Source: Octopus sinensis (taxonomy: Eukaryota). From it: 64,000 bases of DNA. Shown in pieces: positions 15,001-27,015 of this stretch (its first letter is position 1; every line of letters begins with the position of its first letter). The notes under the pieces were generated by a model. That model was not told the DNA's origin, ran no database searches, and saw only the letters and a list, made by a program, of their open reading frames with translations. The stretch is taken from contig NC_043014.1 of NCBI RefSeq assembly GCF_006345805.1, positions 21,886,001-21,950,000 of the forward strand, given 5' to 3'. Both the position numbers and the translations under genes were made by a program.

Positions 15001-18000
15001 ATGAATTGGTCTTAATGATCTGATTTCATCTAATTTAAAATCACTTCCAAGTTTCAGCTTTGATTTTATTCAGTGCAGCCCCATTCGTAATAATTCCAGT
15101 GATATTGATCAAGATGTAGCAAATTTTCTGTAAATTCAGCTTGCGATGCGGTTTCAATCCTTCTGTATGCCTAACGACACTTCAGATGCCCACCACCTCT
15201 CTTCTATAGTATTTTGACTTCAGTTTTTATTCTTGCAGAAGAGAAAAGTTCTCAAATCCCATGGCTGTTTTTAAAAGTAACAACTGCTGTAATTGTTTAT
15301 GATTTAATGCGACCGATAACAAGCATGAACATCAAAACATCTTATTTCTCCATGTGGCTCGTTTTGGTTCTTTATTGAAATGGTTTATAATTTTTTTTTT
15401 ATTGTAGTATAGAGAAGCTACGTTAATTTTCCTTTGTTTAACAATTTTCTCATATCTAATAAACCCCTTTTTTTAGTATTGCTTCTCATCGAAACTCTTC
15501 TTGCCCGCATTTTCCCTATAGACACGTTAATTACATCAAGGTCACAAGCTAACGTGAGCGCCTCTTTGGTCGGTTGCTCGATTTACTGGTAGTAGTTTCG
15601 CATCTCATCTCATGGGTTTTTGTTTCACATTCGGCTATTTCTCTTTGTTATATTCCCGCTCCACCAGTTTCCTTCGCTTTATGCGCAGCCACATAGCTCC
15701 CGCAGTCGCTCGACCTGTTAGAAATAGCTGCAGATCCCCTCAATGCTAAAGATGAAGTCTATACCTTTTTTATATACACTTTTTCAGTTCCACGTTTAAT
15801 AATTTTGGAGGGAAAGTCCCCAGAATGAAAGAACACCTGAGTGTTAAACATAGTATAAGGGAAGAATTTACCAGTTCTGACCTTTGGAACGAGATATCTA
15901 ATTTTCGTATGGTATTGTACAAATATATTGAAATCCTGAAGCAAATACTGGCGAGTGTCGGATTGTCTGCAATACTTCTTAGTGTCGTCGTATTTTAATG
16001 TGCCCTTGTAAAAGTTAAGGCATGAAAAGTGTTAACTCAATAAAATGTATTTTCTGTATATGTACGCTGTCTCAAAAAGTATTATGTTTAAATTTTTTTT
16101 ACAAAAGTGGGCACTGTTAAATGTAATGGAAATTACGGATCGAATATATATTGAAATGATTACAATTTTACAGGAAATTTGATTTGCAAAATAAATAAAT
16201 AAAATAAATTTAGCTCTACGTCTGTTGAGGCATATACGAGAATAAACTATTGCCTGTCCTACATTGCTATCATAATTTTGGGGCTAATGCAGTTTATACA
16301 GATGGAACTTAAAATTTCGGTTTTTTTTACCTTGTCCTTGTTTTACTTTCGTTTCACTCGAAACTTGAATGAAGTACGGGACTACTATATCCTTCCTTTG
16401 ATAGGGGTATATATATGGATGTGGTAGGGAGAATTTATTACCATCGTCGTTTTGTTGGATCCTCCCAAAGTTTATAAGAAATATGGTCTAGCCGTATGTG
16501 GTATGATGTTAGAATTACAGTTCTGTTAGCTACTTTTGTGATTGGCCCAAATAACAAGCCACCTGATCTGCTCCATTTTTTTATTATCAATGTTAGAATG
16601 GGTAGTAAGGCGGTGAGCTGCTGGCAGAATTGTTAGTACGCCGGGCAAAATACTTGGCTCTCGGGGTCGATGAATTCGCCTTAATCTCTCCACCGAAATT
16701 GCTGGCCTTGTGCCAAAATTTGAAGCCAATATTAGAATGGTTAGTGTACGACAGAGTGCCAGCTAAAATACATAGCGGTATTTATGTCTCGCATATGGTT
16801 CTAGGCTCAATTCCTAGACGTCGACGGTGTCGTTCATCCTTTAGTCAACACAATACTAGTCATGTATTGGATTGATTTGATCAACTGTACTCTACCCACA
16901 AATTTGGAACTATCTGCTAGAAATAATTATTTAACGGCAATTAATAGGTCAGTGATAGACGAAAAATATCTTACGGTATTTTGTTCTCGGTATCCTGAGT
17001 TCAGGTCTTGTTTAAATTAAGTTGTCATTCAGTACAATTTATGCACTACGACTATCTTTCTATCGTAAATTTGTTAACAGTAAAGTTATCATTCACGTTG
17101 GACTATTCCTGATTATGAAATTAAAAACGAGAGACTTCAACCATCTCGACCCGTCTTACATATGGTAAGATTCCAAATGTTGGTTGAGTTCCTGCAGTTC
17201 TTGGTTGTTTTCAGGAAGGTATATGAGGAAACACTACGAGAGGCTAATAAAATCTTCGTTGATTATGCGATGTTGCTGCTAAGCTTGGACTTTTAAAGAA
17301 AAGCGTTTCTTGCTGTTGTCACTGTTTTGGTGACAAGATTTTAACCGGGGGCTTTGTATCAACTTTATTCTATCACTTGTGTTATTTATGGTAACTTGAG
17401 AGAAGTGATGGTCGTGTCGGGTATATGGTCAATTTAAGCACTTCCCTTTTAAAGTATCAAAAATTTACTTTGGAGGATCGAAGTTTGTCAGTCTAACCCG
17501 TTATTGCTTGATTATCATCTCCCACGCTCCACTGCAGTTGGATATCGCCTTATCGGAAAGGAGTTGTGGCACCTTTTTGTAGGTGCAGTGTAGTAGAATA
17601 GGTGAAATAGTGAAGCAAAAGATCGAATCTGGAGCATAGGCTTCTTTCGCTGGAAACTTTTTCATAGCTGCCATCTCTGTAACAGTGGCATAAAAAGCAT
17701 AAATGAGGGTTACTTGAGTATGTGGTGGCAATGTATGGTATTGGTGCAGGGATCAAAATATCCCGTTCGTAATTATAACAGATCTTATCGTTTATCTCCC
17801 TTCGCAACAGTTTCTGTGGCCAATGAGTGTTGACCTGCTAGAAATATTAACTGATTTCTCTCATCTTGACATTTTAAGATGGAGACAACATGTTGGTTCT
17901 GGATAGTGATTCAAAATTATAACTTTATAAGACACTTGTAAGTCTGTTTGATCAGAAGCTAAAGTTACATCTGAGAAATGTTAAATGTATATTTTGATAT

Positions 18001-19609
18001 ACCTATCTACAAGGTTTGGTTGGTTTTCCTATCTCACCAATCAGAATCACCAATGGTTGTGATGAGACAGTCCACTAACCAGAGGCCGGAGACAAATAAT
18101 ATTAGGGTTTTTGCTTTAAATATATTACAGGTTCCATTTGTTTTACTTACTCGCTTTTATTTAACAAGGTCCACTTTTATCGGATTCTTTCAACTTCACA
18201 CTCACTTCTCATATGGTGAGTACCAATCAGCACTCAAGTTGTAAGTCTAAAATCATTCCTGAAGCAACACAACTAATACCATACTTTTTTTTTTGTACAT
18301 ACTGGACTACATTCAATGTTCATGCAAGTCCTGTCAGAGTGGTTTATACATGTACTGTCATGTTAGTGAGGAGACAATGTACAGATAGGTCATGTCAGTG
18401 TGGTAGTAGTCATGACAATTGTATTCTAGATGTTGTATTTCAGACAACATAGTCTACTACCTTTAAGAAGTAGGGTGTAGTTTGTGAAATATTTTGATAT
18501 GGTCAGTAAAATGAACAACTATGTACTGTGTTCCCTGTTAGCTTAAGCTTTAGTTATCAACGAATTATTTTAAGCCTCTCTCTTTTCTTTAAACAAATAT
18601 AATAATAGTAAAGTAGACAGTTGATGCTGTGTGGTTTAAATGTTTGCTTTGCAATCATAAGGTTTTGGGATTTAATACAGCTTGTCCAAGTGTCTTCTGT
18701 AACTCTAGCCCAGTCAAAGCCTTGTGAATGGATTTTGTTGGCAGAAACTGAGAGAACCCTGTCATATGTTTGTCTCCATTCTAGACATGGGCTAATTCTA
18801 AATAAATGTTACTGTTATACATGCAGTGTCCATTTGTTTGCAATTTTCAGTGAAAACACCCAGCCACTGTGCTATCCGTGTTTGAAGGACTAGAGAAAAT
18901 ATTAACTTGTTAGAAAACCTGAGTTAGTAATAGAAAGAGCATCTAGTAATAGGAAATCTACCTTATTGAACTTTGCCTGACCCATTACAAACATGGAAAA
19001 GTTTATCAAAGCAATGGTTCAGTCAACCATGATGTTCAACTCTTTTTGATTCCAATCCTTAAGGCCGTTCTGTTTTTATGATAATGTTTTTCTCTCGTTT
19101 CAATCACATAATGAGAATGTTATTCAAAACACCCAAAATCACGTTTGTCTTTAAAAAGAATACATTGAACAATACAATCCTAGATATCCAAAATTGCAGG
19201 ATGATCATAATTGACTTGGGGGTGGGGGTTTAACAAACAATTGTTATAGAGCTATCTGAAACAATTGATTTTTTTTATGAACAAGAGTATTTCAGTTAAA
19301 GATCTAATGTATTCTTTTTTAAGGTACTAAGATGGATGTGATCTGAATGAAGTCGAGTGACCATGTAGAGGTTCTCTCATTGACTCTAAAACTGGTTGCG
19401 AGGTAGACTAGGAGATGGTCAGGTTTCAAGGTTAGTGTATTGAATCCTGATCTAAGTCTTAAAACTCTGCTTAATCCAGTTTGCTTTACTGTTATAAAAC
19501 CAAGCTGCTTCTCTACTTAAAATTGAGTAGTTAATTGTAACAAGGAAATCATCCGTATACAATATATACAAGCATAGGAAAATGTCTACAAAATGTAAAT
19601 AGCAGTGCT

Positions 19610-19990
19610 ATATGGCTGTGACTATAGAGGACATGGAAAAGCTTGAGAAAGAAATAAAGCCAATATGTTCTACTGGATTGGTAATGTCAGTGTGCATGTA
19701 CAGCAGTGTAAATGGTTTAGAGAAAAAACGGCTATAAGAAAATGCAAGAGAGAAGGCTGTACTGGTATTGTCATGTGATGCGTATGGATGAAGACTGCTG
19801 CATAAGGAAATACCAATCTCTAATCGTAGAGAGGACCTGTGGAAGGGGTAGACCCAGGAAGACCAAAGTGGTGAGAAATGATTGCTAGATGCTGAGCCTC
19901 ACAGAGGAGATAAAGGGACTATAACATCGGGCAATTTGCTCTATGTCAAGCTGAGTAAAATAATGGTCACACATATAGGCATGTCCTCTA
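19610..19990 (+). mobile_element. Decayed RTE LINE 3' coding fragment in hnRNP intron 1
   Basis: Similar to 2500-2770 (gtaatgtcagtgt...gcaagagagaagg...acctgtggaaggggtagacccaggaagacc). Confidence 0.65.
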
Positions 19991-20793
19991 TGACCATGCC
20001 CACCCCCAAATCTGTCAAAGCACCCCTACAACCCATCTTCCCAACATCACTGTTCATCTCACTATCTATGGTCACCCATTGTAGGCCCCTCCACTCCTCC
20101 TCATGTGCCTCTACACTCCATACTGTAACATGTCTATCATACCAATCCATTTTCTCTCACCATCACTCACTGGTTATGGCTTCCCTGTCTTGAAACATCT
20201 CCCCCCTCACACTAATGGAACATCCCTCTCTATCTTCTTTATTACATATGCTCCCCCAACTGTTCACTGTAGATATGCCTCCAGGACATCTCCAACACCA
20301 TCTATTTTTCTTTCTCTGACTGTCTCTGTTTAGCTCTTTTTCCACTTCCTAAGACCACTATCTCTGTCCTGCTATTATACACTAACTGCTTATTTCCCTC
20401 TCAGTTCAGAGGTCTTTGTCTTAGCAACCCTGCTGGTGCCATGTAAAAAAAGCACCCAGTACACTGTGAAGTGGTTGGTGTTAGGAAGGGCATCTAGTTG
20501 TAGAAACCATACCAAAACAATTGGAGCCTGGTGTAGCTCTTTGGCTTGTCAGCTCCTGTTAAATCATCCAACCATTGATGATGCAATAACAGTAATTATT
20601 ACCATAGGGGTGGAGCATAACTAATTATTAGGGCATTGGATAACATACTTTGTAATATTTAGTTGTAGCCATTTTTGTTAGACCTTGCATAGGTTAACAT
20701 TTTCCATTTTGTGTTTGAAATTACTATTTTTATTGTATAATCTTAGGCAAAAATTGAATTTACATGTAATTGACTGTTGTTTTTCTTTTGTAG

Positions 20794-21588
20794 GTTGATG
20801 AAGCCCAGAAACATCGACCACACTGCATTGACAGTAAAGAGGTGGAGACAAAACGTGCCATGCCACGCAATGAGGTTGAGTCACAACCGACAGTTAAGAA
20901 GCTATTTGTGGGTGGCATCAAGGAAGAAATGACAGAAGAGGACCTACGAGAGCTGTTTGGTCCCTTTGGTGAGGTGAAGACGGTCGATATGGTCATTGAT
21001 AAGAACACGCAAAAGAAAAAGGGTTTCTGCTTTGTGACGTTTGAAGATTACGACACAGTAGACAAACTGGTATTGACCAAGTTCTTTGAGTCAAAGGGTA
21101 AAAAAATTGAAGTGAAGAAAGCTCTGTCCCGTGAGGAAATGAACAAGGTCCGTAGTGGAGGCGGATCTGGTATGGGTATGGGACCTGGAGGAGCAATGGG
21201 TTATGGAATGGGAGGTGGGGACTTACCAATGCGTGGTGGCGGTGGTGGTGGCATTCGTGGAGGTCGTGGCGGCATGCCACTTGGTCGTGGACGCATGAAC
21301 AACTGGGGACCCCAGGGAGGTTTCTGTGACGACGGTTATGGTGGCAGTGACGGTTATGGTGGCGGTGGCGGGTGGAATCAGGGCGGAGGTGGGCAGTTTA
21401 GTGGTAACGGTTATGGTGGAGGTTGGGGCAGTGGTGGAGGGGGTGGTGGAAACTTTGGCTCAAACTATGGCAGTGACTACGGAGGTGGGCCAATGAAACG
21501 GGGCGGCTACTCCCAGCGAGGTGCAGGTCCCTACGGCAACTTCAGCGGTGGCGGAGGAAACAGTGGTGGTGGTGGCTATAGACGTTGA
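20794..21588 (+). CDS. hnRNPA/B: hnRNP A/B family protein, coding exon 2 (end of RRM1, RRM2, Gly-rich domain, M9/PY-NLS-like motif)
   Basis: Acceptor ttttcttttgtAG ending at 20793, in frame with exon 1 (EQ|VDEAQ). RNP2 LFVGGI, RNP1 KGFCFVTF, RGG/YGG repeats and GPMKRGGYSQRGAGPY resembling hnRNP A1 M9. TGA at 21586-21588. Total about 332 aa. Confidence 0.95.
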   Translation, partial: VDEAQKHRPHCIDSKEVETKRAMPRNEVESQPTVKKLFVGGIKEEMTEEDLRELFGPFGEVKTVDMVIDKNTQKKKGFCFVTFEDYDTVDKLVLTKFFESKGKKIEVKKALSREEMNKVRSGGGSGMGMGPGGAMGYGMGGGDLPMRGGGGGGIRGGRGGMPLGRGRMNNWGPQGGFCDDGYGGSDGYGGGGGWNQGGGGQFSGNGYGGGWGSGGGGGGNFGSNYGSDYGGGPMKRGGYSQRGAGPYGNFSGGGGNSGGGGYRR

Positions 21589-21594
21589 GTGAGT
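21589..21594 (+). promoter_or_regulatory. Consensus 5' splice site immediately after the stop codon (3'UTR intron)
   Basis: CGT TGA|GTGAGT. Confidence 0.65.
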
Positions 21595-24500
21595 ATCTCT
21601 GCATCAGGCTTATCTCTCAAACCCTACTACTACTACTACAAGATGCTACACAGTATAAGGCCAGCATGGCAATCTTCTACAGTAAATCTACTTCTACTAT
21701 TACTACTATTACGATAAAAATGATTTCAGTACTACTACTACAAGATGCTACAGTAATAAGGCCAGCATGGCAAGTACCACAGTAAAATATCACAATTATT
21801 ACCATAAATATATGCATATGTGTATGTATGTATATATGTGCGTGTGTGTATGTATGTATATATATACACACATACATACACACACAATACAGTAATGCTG
21901 CTATTATTTCCCAACTGAATGAAAGAAGACATTCTAGATACAGATATAAGGTAGTCAGCCCATTATCATTGACTTTCCTACACCCCAAATAAGTGGCATT
22001 ATATACAACTTCGCTGCTAGCATACTTACTATAATCTTAAATTTTATGCCATCTCTCCATCTATACTTCTACATCTCACACACACATATATATATGTATG
22101 TATATATGCTGTAATACTACTATATTTTGTGTCTTAATTTTTATCTACTCTATGAAGAAACTACGGAACAATTTACGTAAGGACTCTAAGGCAGCTGGAT
22201 GTTATAAAAAACTACAAACCTTTTCACTAATACAACTGAACATCTTTTGAGAATTCCTTTAAGACTTTCATTGACTTCAAAAGAAAAGGAGGAATATATT
22301 GTTGTATGTATATGTACATACATACATTCATTTAAAAAAAAAAAATCTATATCTTATAACAGTAAGAAACGAAAATGGAAAATAGAAATCAGGAAAGAAG
22401 AGAGGTAGAGAGAAGAAGAAAAGACAAGTTCTTTAGCATCTTTTAAGAAATAAGGATTTAAAATGAGAAACGAGATACATTGCAACAACACCTCTCTACA
22501 TCAGTCTATGTATATTGTATATCTATATTATATATATATATTTATATATATATATAGAACTCTATAAAATTTAAGTGGGAAGAGAAACTTTTGTATGTAG
22601 GTGGAGAGATAAAGTTACACACTTAAAAAAAAAACCTGTCAGACATATTTCCAACATAAACTGTATTTAATTCTAAATCTACTTCATTTAACTCCTTTAT
22701 TTAGGTAAGGACACATCTGTTATTAATATCATTAATATTATAATTATTATCATCATCATTGTTTGACACAATGTCAAATGGAGGACATGCTGGAGTTGTT
22801 TCTCCTCAGTTTGCACTCGTCAGTAAGCGTTATGTCCTTAAACAAAGACAGTCAACTTAACTCGTTTAAGGCATCATGCCAAATTAAGAAATCATAAAAA
22901 TTATTATTTCTTAAAGTAATTATGCCCTCATAAAAAAATTCTATTATTTATTATGACTACTACTATTACAATTATTATTACTATCCTAATAGTACATTTT
23001 GTTTCTTTCCATAATTCATGAAATATCTACTAGTAAGTTCTGAATTTCCATTGTATATTTTTACTTTCTTTTATCCTCTCTAGTTTTCCATCATCAGTGA
23101 ATAAAAAGTATTTGTTTGAAACCTTAAGTAGTTCTAAGTTACTCAGTATTGTTTGTTGATGTTTTACCCCCAACTTCATCTCTATGCCACACCCTTTTCC
23201 TCTTTCTACAGAATACCCAGATAAATAGCAAGTGGTTGAATGATAGAGCATTTCTTTGCTTGTGTGTACAAGACACAGGATTTGAATCTATTGTAGCTAT
23301 GGAAGATATTTATCTGCATGCATGTGTGTATCTAGACTGGGCAAATGTAATTATGTTTTTGTATGGGATAGTTCTGGTGGATAGATGTAGAGGTGTTTGT
23401 GTGTGACCTGGATGGATGTACTGGGATGTGTGTGAGTGGATTTGTTCAGGGCAGGTATGTGTGTGATATATGTATACTTGTGAGTGTAATTTAAAATATT
23501 TAAAAAAAAGTAGCTGGATGTCAGTAAAGGCTTTACTAAGCTGACTTTGTAGACAAGAAGTCTAACATGATATCTCAATTGTTTGTCATGGTGGATATGT
23601 ATCATTGCTGCCTTCTGATTGCCCAAGTGTGTGAAAGTGGTGTAAGCTGCTTTCTTAGTACTCTCTTAAGGGCTTTACTATTAAAATAGCCGTCAACCAA
23701 TAGATGCGAGTAAAATGGCTCCGGCTAATGAGTGTTTCAAGTTCATGACATTAAGTAGATGAATGCTAATATTGCTTTTGGACAAGGCAACAATCTGCTG
23801 CAGATGACCTATCAATTTTATTACTGAAACGTTTTATGCAAGGATGCAATGAAGGGCTGCTGTGAGTTTGATCTTCAAACCTGAACTGCTCAAGGAATTA
23901 TTACATTATTTATAAAGGATGGAGGATTAATTTTTATTATTAATTTTAAACTATAACTTTCAGTTGTTAGTTGGCCTATGGTCAATGGGTTTTTTTGTTG
24001 GCTGAGGCTTTAATGAATATTGTGTCTGTTTTCTGTACCACAAGTCTTTATATTTAAGGTTACCTGAGGTAAACCTTTGTTAGTGTGATAGCACAGACTT
24101 CCCTTCTTTTCCATGCTACTTCCAGCTAAGCTACATACATACATACATACATACATACATACATACACACACATATGCACAACCTGTCTGTACTGTATAG
24201 TTATACTTGTTGTTTATATAAATATTTTATATATAAATGTGTGTGTTTTTATTTCACTACCATTTTCATTTTTCTAGTGCCATTGCAGAGATTGCCAGTA
24301 TAGAATCAGGCAAGTGTGTTCACTCCTTCTTGGAGCTGCTTTTATAAACTTTCTCTTACATGCACCATCTTCCATATCACAGTTTTCTACTTCAGATTTT
24401 CTTTCTTTCTCCCCACAATTTTGCATCACTCAATCTCTCTGAGTTTCTCTATCAATATAAATGATAAAAAATAGCCTTTTCAAATTGCTTTCCATTTCCT

Positions 24501-25087
24501 CTTTCTCTCTTGACGTAAGCTATCGTCTTCCAGTTGTGATTGAAGTTAAGATACTATAACACCAAAGCTCAATCCAAATCATATGCTTTAGAAAGTCAAC
24601 TGCATAGTTATCCCCCTTAGTTGTAACATAACTTCACTATCTGATGGCAAAATCAGAATGTAAGGAAGAAAATGATTTTCTGTTGTAAAGTATAAATTCC
24701 ACATCCTATTAACTATGATATCATTAGTATCTTGCTCATTTTGAAGCCAACCAGCCATTTATAGCGTACTAAAACAAGTCTAGACAGTTTAGTTGCAATG
24801 AATAATTAGTAGTTTGCTATTCCAAAAGTAAGTTCTAACATCAGGGCCAAATTGATGTATGATGAGATATTTACAAATGTAAATCTTTTTTAATCATGTT
24901 TACCTGAGAATCCCTATCTTTCCTAGAAATATGATTATATTTCAGTCAGGAGTCTTAGTAACTTGGTAGTGTGATGCCTGTACGAGAAATGTATATGGTG
25001 TGAGAATGAAATTTATGTTATTTAACTTTTAAATGCTGCATAACTTTTGGTTCAAAATTATTGAAAATAATTTTAACTTACTCTTAA

Positions 25088-25288
25088 CCTTCTGGCATTC
25101 AGATAATTTTGTCATGCAATGCTTATTTATTCACATTTTGTATTAATCATGTATTATCTAAAAGATTTTGATGATGTGGTTATTTATTTTTAGAATAACA
25201 TTGTAGGATGAGGCTAGATCTGGTCAGTTTGAACATAAAAACAGGTAGAATATTGGGGCCAGATATGGTCAGTTTAAATGCTAAAGGG
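25088..25288. mobile_element. Degenerate TTAA-type (piggyBac-like) MITE
   Basis: TTAA-ccttctggcattc ... aaatgctaaaggg-TTGA; imperfect TIRs. Confidence 0.45.
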
Positions 25289-26947
25289 TTGAAAGGTTTG
25301 CTTCTGAATTAAATGGTTTCAAGTTCAGTCCCATTGTGATATCTTGGACCAGTGTCTTCTATAATCCCAGGATGATCAGTGTTCTGTGAGTGGATTTGGT
25401 AGATAACTGTTGGAAGCCTGATGTTAACATTCCATGTGTTCATTTAAGCAAAATGGGTCCTGCACTTTTGAAAACCTGTGAAATGGTAATGGTACCTTGC
25501 TAAACAGGTAAGGGTTGACAGAGAAAAGCCATCTGGCTGTAATATATGGTTAAAATTTTATCTCCATACTGGTATTGGACACTGGATATTAAATGAGCAA
25601 AGTTCAGATGCAGAAAATCATGGCCAACCAAGACATAAAGTGGTCTTGTAGTATATTGAGGTATCTGTTGAGAATAGTGAGGTTTGAACTATTATTTATC
25701 TGAGTAAGCCATTGTTAGATTGGATAAGTTTCTGTATTCATAAAAGCTTGTTACATGGGACCTATTATGTATTGCGCTTATAGTACTTTAATTGGATTAA
25801 ACCATCCCTGTATAATAGTAGTTTACTTACATGGCTCAAGTTGAGGCCATACTTCATTGGTTTTTAACGTATGGATATTGATTTTTAACATGGGTTTGTG
25901 TTGAAAGGAAGACCGGCATGAATTATCTCCCTTGCATCATTAAGCGAACATTTTGTTTTCCATCATGCAGGCGTTCATTGGATATGTGCAGTTAGTTTTT
26001 TTTAATTCAACCTCACGTCCTTGATCGAGCAGATCCCCTTTGAAAGACATTCATCCCCACATTTAATGTACTTTAAACAACACTGAAATATTTTGTATAT
26101 TTCTATTTGATTGTGATATACACCAGAATCTTTTAGGCAAGTCACTAGTGTAAGATAGGATGCTGGTGTGTAATTTAGAATTTGGTTGCTATTTTGAATG
26201 ACCACATTGACATTTCATTGGCTAGTCATCTTTTTAGTTGTGTATGCAGTGAGTTGGAAAATAAACCTTAGAAATTAGCTGTTGGGTAGGTGTAGATTAA
26301 TTAGTAATTGTAAACTACTAATTCATGTGAAATATGAAGACTTACACATGTTCTATATGCATAAATTCTACAAATCAAATCAAAATCTTTCCTAGTTTCA
26401 GTTGTTGCATTTGGCTTACTTCACTAGTATTTTTCTGTCATTTGTTTTCCTTTCCCTGACATTCAGATGCAATGTCTATGTAAGAGATTAACAAATGGAA
26501 GTTTGTCAATGAATCAAACACTGTTGGATGTGCTAATTGTAAACCGTAATTCTGTCACTGATTCCATTATGCTCAGTGGCCTTATTAACCATTCATGAGA
26601 TTCTACTTCCATATTAATGGTACTGGTTGGTAGAGCAGTTGGCCAAATATGTATAGCTCTAGTTCATAGAGCTTAGTAAAATCCCTATTCTTTCAGCAGA
26701 TTAAATGAATTATAAAATATTTGGGATGGAGTTTGATCTTTTCACTGTTCCCTTCTCAAATATAAAATATCTTTGGAAACTAAATCTCATTTTTCTGTTC
26801 TCATTTTTTAAAAATGCATTTCTTTCAGTGAGATATGTAGCATTCTTTCATCATCATCATCATCATCATTAGTTGATTAATAATTGATGTTTTTTCTCAT
26901 TTGTTTTGATAATGATTCATTTTAAGCTTTCAGACCAGTCAGTTTTT

Positions 26948-27015
26948 AATAAAATAAAAATAAAATTCAATTAAAATAAATGCAATCTTAAATCCTTTTA
27001 TTTACTGAATAAACC
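26948..27015 (+). terminator. Candidate polyadenylation signal cluster of the hnRNP gene
   Basis: Several overlapping AATAAA from 26948 and one near 27008, followed by T-rich sequence; weak evidence in AT-rich DNA. Confidence 0.35.

Noticed and set aside
12570-18070. C/D-box-like RTGATGA motifs in hnRNP intron 1 (about 13350, 13598, 14998, 18058)
   Set aside because: No suitably spaced CTGA D box with a terminal stem could be found
24054-24080. Near-palindrome aaggttacctgaggtaaacctt
   Set aside because: Short, and expected by chance somewhere in 64 kb
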